A stretch of 32,000 bases of DNA from Bifidobacterium longum subsp. longum JCM 1217 (lineage in GTDB: Bacteria; Actinomycetota; Actinomycetes; Actinomycetales; Bifidobacteriaceae), in NCBI RefSeq assembly GCF_000196555.1, contig NC_015067.1, positions 870,001-902,000 of the forward strand. Direction: 5' to 3'. A program made the translations under genes and the position numbers. The notes under the pieces are model-generated. The model was given only the letters and a program-made list of their open reading frames with translations. It was not told the origin of the DNA and made no database searches. Every line of letters begins with the position of its first letter. Positions within the stretch are counted from its first letter, which is position 1. Positions 17,098-22,336 of this stretch are shown in pieces.

Positions 17098-17126
17098 ATA
17101 TGCATGAGATATCGAGGAAAAAACAG

Positions 17127-18290
17127 ATGGCAGTTATTAAGGCGTTCGCCGGCGCGCTCGGCGGTACATTCGCGGACCTGTGGCGTGATATCATCACCGC
17201 TGGTCCGTTCACGGAACACACCGTCGTTGTGCCGGGCATTCCCCGCGGAAGCAACAACGATCGCGGTTCGAATGAATACGGTTCCGAGGGAATAATCACC
17301 AATGGTTCGCGTATCTATGTGCCAGAGAATACTGCGGCGTTCATTTTCTCTGAAACAGGTATCGAAAACGTCATCACCGAGTCGGGCGGTTATGAATATC
17401 GCAACGGGGAGCAGAGCGTGCTCGCCGGAGACGGCATCGGATCGTTCTTCAATCAGGTTGCCGATCGATTCACCTTCGGAGGTCAGCCTGGCCGCACCAA
17501 ATATGTGGCCTTCGTCAACCTGCGTGAGATTCGTGGCATCAAATTCGGCACTTCTGCGCCGCTGGTGTATAACGACCGGTTCTATGGCGTCGATTTGGAA
17601 ATTCGCGCACGCGGATCCATGTCGCTAAAGGTCGCTGATCCAGTTCGATTCGTTCGTAACTTTGTGCCTGCCACTACCGTGTCGTATTCATTCGATGATG
17701 AAGGGCCACGTAGGCAGATTCTGTCTGAATTCGTACAGTCGTTTATTGTGGCCATCAATTTGCTGTCCAATGAATATCGTATTTCGCAATTGCCCGGCAA
17801 GGCGAATGACATCGCAGCATGCGTGCGTGGCGATCGGGCCAATGCAGGTACGTGGAATGATCGTTTTGGCTTTGAAGTGTCCAGTGTGGGCATCGAAAGT
17901 ATCGAGTTCACCGAGCAATCACGTCAACTCGTGCAGCAGTTCGCCTCGAATAAGATGAATGTTGCCGCATACGAGGGCGTTTCCCAGCAAGCTGGCAATA
18001 TGGCTGCCCAGCAGCGCATTGCGCAAGGTATTCAAGACAACGGCTTTGGCGATGGCGGCATGTTGCTTGGTATGAATATGGCGCAAGCCATCAATCCTAT
18101 GACTGCCGCCCCGGTTCAAGCGCCGGCACCTGCGCCGGCACCGGAAGCCGCTGCTCCCGCCTCTCACACGGCATCCATGTCTGTGGAAGAACAAGTCGAG
18201 GCGATGAAGAAATTGAAGGAATTGGTTGATATCGGCATTCTCTCCCAAGAAGAATTTGATGCAAAAAAGCACGAAATTCTCGGCCTATAA
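17127..18290 (+). CDS. SPFH-domain protein of the Band_7_1 (COG4260 / YdjI-like) type with a C-terminal SHOCT domain
   Basis: The N-terminus 'MAVIKAFAGALGGTFADLWRD' and the overall layout are typical of Band_7_1. An Ala/Pro linker precedes 'SVEEQVEAMKKLKELVDIGILSQEEFDAKKHEILGL' (SHOCT-like). The ATG at 17127 is preceded by GAGGAAA. The track start at 17070 is an upstream extension. Confidence 0.85.
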   Translation: MAVIKAFAGALGGTFADLWRDIITAGPFTEHTVVVPGIPRGSNNDRGSNEYGSEGIITNGSRIYVPENTAAFIFSETGIENVITESGGYEYRNGEQSVLAGDGIGSFFNQVADRFTFGGQPGRTKYVAFVNLREIRGIKFGTSAPLVYNDRFYGVDLEIRARGSMSLKVADPVRFVRNFVPATTVSYSFDDEGPRRQILSEFVQSFIVAINLLSNEYRISQLPGKANDIAACVRGDRANAGTWNDRFGFEVSSVGIESIEFTEQSRQLVQQFASNKMNVAAYEGVSQQAGNMAAQQRIAQGIQDNGFGDGGMLLGMNMAQAINPMTAAPVQAPAPAPAPEAAAPASHTASMSVEEQVEAMKKLKELVDIGILSQEEFDAKKHEILGL

Positions 18291-18409
18291 ACGGTGCATT
18301 CATGCAACTCGAAACAGCTGATAATGAGGGAAACGCTGGTGCGACACGGACAAAATGGTGCTCAGGGCTTCGAACTGGGTTGTTCAATCCGTTTCGATAT
18401 TTCGGCGAC

Positions 18410-18964
18410 TCAGCGCTTGTTCGGGCCGCCGTCCGGGAACATCAAGTAGGTGATGATGCCGGCGGCGGTTCCACTGGCCAATGCGCCGGTGATGACGGCG
18501 AGAGCCTGCATCGCCGTGCTGAGCGTGGGCTTGCCCGTTGCGGCAGTCTTTGAAGCCTTCAATGTGGCGGCACTGGGCTTGCGTTTCTCGGTGGCGGCGT
18601 TGTCGGCAACGTTGCCACCGTCCGTATTGACTGGGGCATTGTCGGCAACGGCCTCGCCGTCCTGCTCTTGAGCGCGCCGTTCGCGAATGCGTTGCTCAAT
18701 GGGATCGTCGACCAAAGTCTTGATGATGCGTGCCAGATCGCGGTCTTCACGACGTGCGATTTCGGCGCTGAACACCGTACGTAAAGCGAGATACTGCAGT
18801 TTGGTCATCGGGCTTTTGCCGGTCTCCAAGTTAGACACCGTCTGTCGCGCGACTCCCAGCTCGTCGGCCAGTTGCTGAGTCGTCCATCCGGCTACCTTGC
18901 GAATCGGACCCAGGTTCTCCTGAAACTTATCAATCCACCATTGTTCGATTTCAGACGCCGCCAT
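18410..18964 (-). CDS. XRE-family HTH regulator with a C-terminal membrane anchor
   Basis: 'WTTQQLADELGVARQTVSNLETGKSPMTKLQYLAL' is a Cro/C1-type HTH. A charged linker follows, then a C-terminal hydrophobic segment 'AMQALAVITGALASGTAAGIITYLMF'. GGAGG lies 6 nt upstream of the ATG. Confidence 0.8.
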   Translation of the reverse strand: MAASEIEQWWIDKFQENLGPIRKVAGWTTQQLADELGVARQTVSNLETGKSPMTKLQYLALRTVFSAEIARREDRDLARIIKTLVDDPIEQRIRERRAQEQDGEAVADNAPVNTDGGNVADNAATEKRKPSAATLKASKTAATGKPTLSTAMQALAVITGALASGTAAGIITYLMFPDGGPNKR

Positions 18965-19119
18965 TACGCACCTCCTTCCACGCTGTCACCAGTGTACGTT
19001 ACCTGTACCGAAATCAATCCAAAAAACAGTGTTCATGTGAAATTCACTGCGTATTTGCGCTTTCGCCGGCTTACCGAGATTAGCCTTAAACAAGGAATAA
19101 CAGAGTAGAAGCAGAAGGT

Positions 19120-19701
19120 ATGCGCGTATTCGATTTCGACGGAACCATCTATGATGGCGAAAGCCTGTTCGACTTGTACCTGTATTCCGCCCGGCACGAC
19201 CCGAAAGTGTTCCGCTACATCGCCCCCGTGCTGCGGTACGCAGTCAAATACAAGCTTGGCCGGGCCACGCTTGAACAAATGGAATACGGCGTGGGTAAGA
19301 TGACCGAAGGCTATCTCACGGAACTGAGCCGATCCAAACGGGTGGCGAGCGTCGAACAGCTCGTGGACGACTTCTGGGATAGGAACTATTCACGCATCAA
19401 GCCCTGGTACCAGCCTGAGTCGGACGACGTGATCCTCACCGCATCCTTCAGTCTGACGGTGGGGGAGGCCTGCCGCAGACTCGGCGTGAGGAATCTCGTG
19501 GCCAGCGAGGTGGATGTGGAGACGATGAAGGTCACGTACCTCAACTTCAGCACCAACAAGGCCAAACGGTTCCGCGAACTGTACGGTCCGGACGTCGTCA
19601 TCGACGAGTTCTACACCGACTCCAAATTCGATCAGCCGATGATCGACATGGCCCGGCACGCGTTCATGGTCAAGGGGAACACCATCACGCAAGTCAAGTA
19701 G
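19120..19701 (+). CDS. HAD-superfamily hydrolase (HAD-IB-like phosphatase)
   Basis: Motif I 'FDFDGTIYDG', 'ILTASF' (motif II region) and C-terminal 'FYTDSKFDQPM'. Confidence 0.7.
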   Translation: MRVFDFDGTIYDGESLFDLYLYSARHDPKVFRYIAPVLRYAVKYKLGRATLEQMEYGVGKMTEGYLTELSRSKRVASVEQLVDDFWDRNYSRIKPWYQPESDDVILTASFSLTVGEACRRLGVRNLVASEVDVETMKVTYLNFSTNKAKRFRELYGPDVVIDEFYTDSKFDQPMIDMARHAFMVKGNTITQVK

Positions 19702-19751
19702 GAAACAACAGAAAACAACACAACGTAACCAATAACGAAAGGGGAACATAT

Positions 19752-20582
19752 ATGAGCATGCCGCTCGATCTATACGTAATCCGGCATGGCGAATCCGAAG
19801 CGAACGTCATCGTCCAGGCGGGCGAGCAGGGCGACAATTCCCTGTACACGCAGGACAACGTCACCGTACCCGACCGCTCCTGGAGACTCACCGCCACCGG
19901 ACGCAAGCAGGCCGACTGCATCGGCCGCTGGCTGGTCAGCCAGCAGCAGCTGTTCGACCGCTACATGGTCTCGCCATACGTGCGCACCCGCGAAACCGCA
20001 GCCACCATGGCCCTGCCCAAGGCCAAATGGGAGGAGAACCGTGTGCTGCGCGAACGTTCTTGGGGCGAGATCAACACCATCACCAAGGACGAATTCAAAA
20101 ACAACTACGCGCGCAACTGGAACTTCAAGAACACCGATCCGCTGTACTGGCGTCCGCCGGCAGGCGAGTCGATTGCCGATGTGGCCGAGGACCGTGTGCA
20201 CAACATCCTGACCTCGCTGAGCCGCAAATCCGATTCGGAATCCGTGGTCATGGTCACCCACGGCGACTTCATGCTCGCCCTGATGCTCACCATCGAGGAT
20301 TTGGCCGACGAGGAATTCCTGCATCGCGCCGATTCGGACGACTGGAAGATCACCAACTGCACCTGCCTGCACTATACACGCCGCGACCCGGAAACCGGCC
20401 GCACCTCCAAGCGTGTGCGCTGGGAGCAGACCGCCCGGCCCGTGCTCGACGAGACGACCGGCCGCTGGGAGGTCAAGGTGGAGCCGTGGCGCGAATTCAA
20501 GCGCCCGTATCTCTCCAATGGCGATTTGGTGGATGTGGTGCAGGCCGTCGACCCACACCTGCTGGAGTATTACGGCAAATAG
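19752..20582 (+). CDS. Histidine phosphatase family protein (phosphoglycerate-mutase-like)
   Basis: 'VIRHGESEANV' RHG motif and the second catalytic His in 'MVTHGDFM'. The SD AAAGGGGA lies upstream. Confidence 0.8.
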   Translation: MSMPLDLYVIRHGESEANVIVQAGEQGDNSLYTQDNVTVPDRSWRLTATGRKQADCIGRWLVSQQQLFDRYMVSPYVRTRETAATMALPKAKWEENRVLRERSWGEINTITKDEFKNNYARNWNFKNTDPLYWRPPAGESIADVAEDRVHNILTSLSRKSDSESVVMVTHGDFMLALMLTIEDLADEEFLHRADSDDWKITNCTCLHYTRRDPETGRTSKRVRWEQTARPVLDETTGRWEVKVEPWREFKRPYLSNGDLVDVVQAVDPHLLEYYGK

Positions 20583-20686
20583 CCTTTCCCGGAAGAGAGA
20601 CTTCACAAAATCTTCGTGAGCTAGAATGGTGCGTGGTGCGGCTGGTTGTGAATGCCGTGCCCCAAGCGAGAGCGAGGAGAGTAGTA

Positions 20687-21976
20687 ATGTCCAATATCTT
20701 CCAATGGCAATTGCATGGCGACGGCAAGACGCTGGCGCCCGGCGAGGTAGTCGAGCCCGATGAACGTCTGACTTGGGTGCGCACCGCCGGTATCGGCGCA
20801 CAGCACGTCATCGCCATGTTCGGTGCCACCTTCCTGGTGCCGATTCTGACGGGCTTCGACCCGTCCACCACCCTGTTCTTCACGGCTATGTCCACCGCAC
20901 TGTTCCTGCTTATCAACAGGAACGTGCTGCCGAGCTATTTGGGCTCGTCCTTCGGCTTCATTGCACCGATCACCGCGGTCTCCACCGCCAACAAGGGCAT
21001 TGCGGTCGCCAGCTTCGGCATCATGGTCACCGGTATTCTGCTGGCCCTGGTTGGCGTGCTCGTGCATTACGCCGGCTCCAAATGGATCGACATCATCATG
21101 CCGCCCGTGGTCAACGGCGCGATTGTGGCCATCATCGGCTTCAATCTGGCACCTTCCGTGTGGACCAACTTCCAAGCCGCGCCCGACACCGCACTGGTTA
21201 CCCTGTTGGCCGTGCTGCTCGTGGCCGTGCTGTTCAAGGGCTTGCTGGGCCGCCTCAATATTTTGGTCGGCGTGATCATCGGCTATGTATATGCCTGCAT
21301 CCGTGGCCAGGTCGACTTCTCCGCCATCGGCGACGCCGCATGGATCGGCTTCCCGAAGTTCCACCTGCCGCAGGCCGATTTCTCCATCCTTCCCATGTTC
21401 ATCCCCGTTGTGCTCGTGCTTGTGGCTGAGAACGTCGGCCATGTCAAGTCCGTGGCCCAAATGACCGGCCGCGACTACGACAACCAGATCGGCACCGCCC
21501 TCATGGCCGATGGCCTGGGCACCACGCTCGCCGGCTTCGGCGGCGGCTCCGGCACCACCACCTACGGCGAGAACATCGGCGTGATGGCCGCCACCAAGGT
21601 GTACTCCACCGCCGCCTACTGGTGCGCCGCCGCCTTCGCCCTGATCCTGAGCCTGTGCCCGAAGTTCGGTGCCGTGATCAACACGATCCCCGCCGGCGTG
21701 CTCGGTGGCGTGACCACGCTGCTGTATGGCATGATCGGCATGATCGGTATCCGCATCTGGGTGGAGAACAAGGTCAACTTCGACAAGCCGCTGAACATCA
21801 TGGTGGCAGCCATCACCATGATCATTGCCATCGGCCAATTCGCGTTCACTGTTGGTGGCATTTCCTTCAACGGCATTGCCATTGGCACGATCGTGATTCT
21901 TGTGGCCTACCACGGCCTGAAGGCCATTGGCAAGGCAACCGGCACTATTGCCAAAGACGATCCGGATATTTTGTAG
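20687..21976 (+). CDS. NCS2-family nucleobase permease (uracil/xanthine permease type)
   Basis: 'GIGAQHVIAMFGATFLVPILTGFDP', 'AENVGHVKSVA' and 'TTTYGENIGVMAATKV'. The ATG at 20687 is preceded by GAGGAG (20674-20679). The track ORF from 20027 is an artefactual upstream extension that overlaps the phosphatase gene. A possible -10 TAGAAT lies at 20622-20627. Confidence 0.9.
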   Translation: MSNIFQWQLHGDGKTLAPGEVVEPDERLTWVRTAGIGAQHVIAMFGATFLVPILTGFDPSTTLFFTAMSTALFLLINRNVLPSYLGSSFGFIAPITAVSTANKGIAVASFGIMVTGILLALVGVLVHYAGSKWIDIIMPPVVNGAIVAIIGFNLAPSVWTNFQAAPDTALVTLLAVLLVAVLFKGLLGRLNILVGVIIGYVYACIRGQVDFSAIGDAAWIGFPKFHLPQADFSILPMFIPVVLVLVAENVGHVKSVAQMTGRDYDNQIGTALMADGLGTTLAGFGGGSGTTTYGENIGVMAATKVYSTAAYWCAAAFALILSLCPKFGAVINTIPAGVLGGVTTLLYGMIGMIGIRIWVENKVNFDKPLNIMVAAITMIIAIGQFAFTVGGISFNGIAIGTIVILVAYHGLKAIGKATGTIAKDDPDIL

Positions 21977-21993
21977 TGTGTTTTAGGGCTACT

Positions 21994-22055
21994 GGGCTGT
22001 ATTTTGGCTCAGCCCTTTTGCACAATGGCCCCTACCTTCACGGGTAGGGGCCATT
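21994..22055 (+). terminator. Two tandem terminator hairpins after the permease gene
   Basis: T1: gggctg (21994-21999) pairs with cagccc (22010-22015), followed by TTTT (22016-22019). T2: a 13-bp stem, aatggcccctacc (22024-22036) with ggtaggggccatt (22043-22055). Confidence 0.7.
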
Positions 22056-22063
22056 TGCGTGTT

Positions 22064-22224
22064 CCATGGAGCGGTGCTCGCCTTACGTGGTGGTAAAACC
22101 CATGGGGCGGCAAACATCCCATGGGGTGGTAAAACCCTCATGGGGCGGTAGGTGAAAATGGCTTTATTCTGCGGTTTCACAATTTCTTCAAACCGCCCCA
22201 TGGGCAAGTTACCGCCCCGTGGGG
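22064..22224 (+). repeat. 19-nt-phased array of a ~15-nt motif (consensus CCCATGGGG[C/T]GGTAAAA): five direct and two inverted copies
   Basis: Direct copies are anchored at 22065, ~22084, 22101, 22120 and 22139. Inverted copies lie at 22189-22205 and 22208-22224 and are also 19 nt apart. Copy 4 pairs with inverted copy 2 over 15 bp, including two G.U pairs. Copy 5 pairs with inverted copy 1 over 11-13 bp. Confidence 0.8.
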
Positions 22225-22336
22225 TCATAAGTAAAGAGTGGGATGACAGTGTGGCGAGCACCAAGCAAAGTAGGGGGCTTACGCTAAGCTCGGAAAGCTT
22301 GCGTAATTTGCGTAACCTTTGACATGAAAGGCCACT

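Noticed and set aside
18340-18409. A tRNA-like 'cttcgaactgggttgttcaatcc' segment in the convergent spacer after the SPFH gene.
   Set aside because: It has no GGTTCGAATCC-type T-arm, no acceptor stem complementarity and no anticodon arm. It is not a tRNA.
12573-18964. Calling the 12.6-19.0 kb block a genomic island or mobile element.
   Set aside because: Only the plus-strand operon (~15.0-18.3 kb) looks GC-poor in hand-counted samples. I found no integrase, transposase, flanking direct repeats or tRNA attachment site, so mobility cannot be supported from this window.
20592-20604. A GAAG-AGAGA-CTTC hairpin upstream of the uracil permease, considered as a PyrR-binding attenuator loop.
   Set aside because: The stem is only 4 bp and the flanking conserved PyrR-box positions are missing. 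It lies upstream of the best -10 candidate (TAGAAT 20622-20627), so it may not be transcribed with the permease.
20027-20686. The 5' 220 codons of track ORF 20027..21976 (649 aa), which overlap the histidine phosphatase gene.
   Set aside because: The extension is Arg/Pro/Gly-rich nonsense and overlaps a motif-bearing gene in another frame. The permease homology begins at the ATG at 20687, which has its own GAGGAG SD.
22064-22224. Reading the 19-nt-period repeat array as a CRISPR array, and the minus-strand ORF 21989..22264 (91 aa) that covers it.
   Set aside because: The units are ~15 nt with 4-nt spacers, far too short for CRISPR. Two copies are inverted and no cas genes are nearby. The ORF's repetitive 'PPHGM/APWVL/APWNT' translation merely reflects the DNA repeats.
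22319-22324. A consensus TTGACA hexamer considered as the -35 element of the helicase promoter.
   Set aside because: It lies only 13 nt before the GTG start, and no acceptable -10 element is found at a 16-18 bp spacing. It would only work with the downstream ATG at 22385, which lacks an SD.
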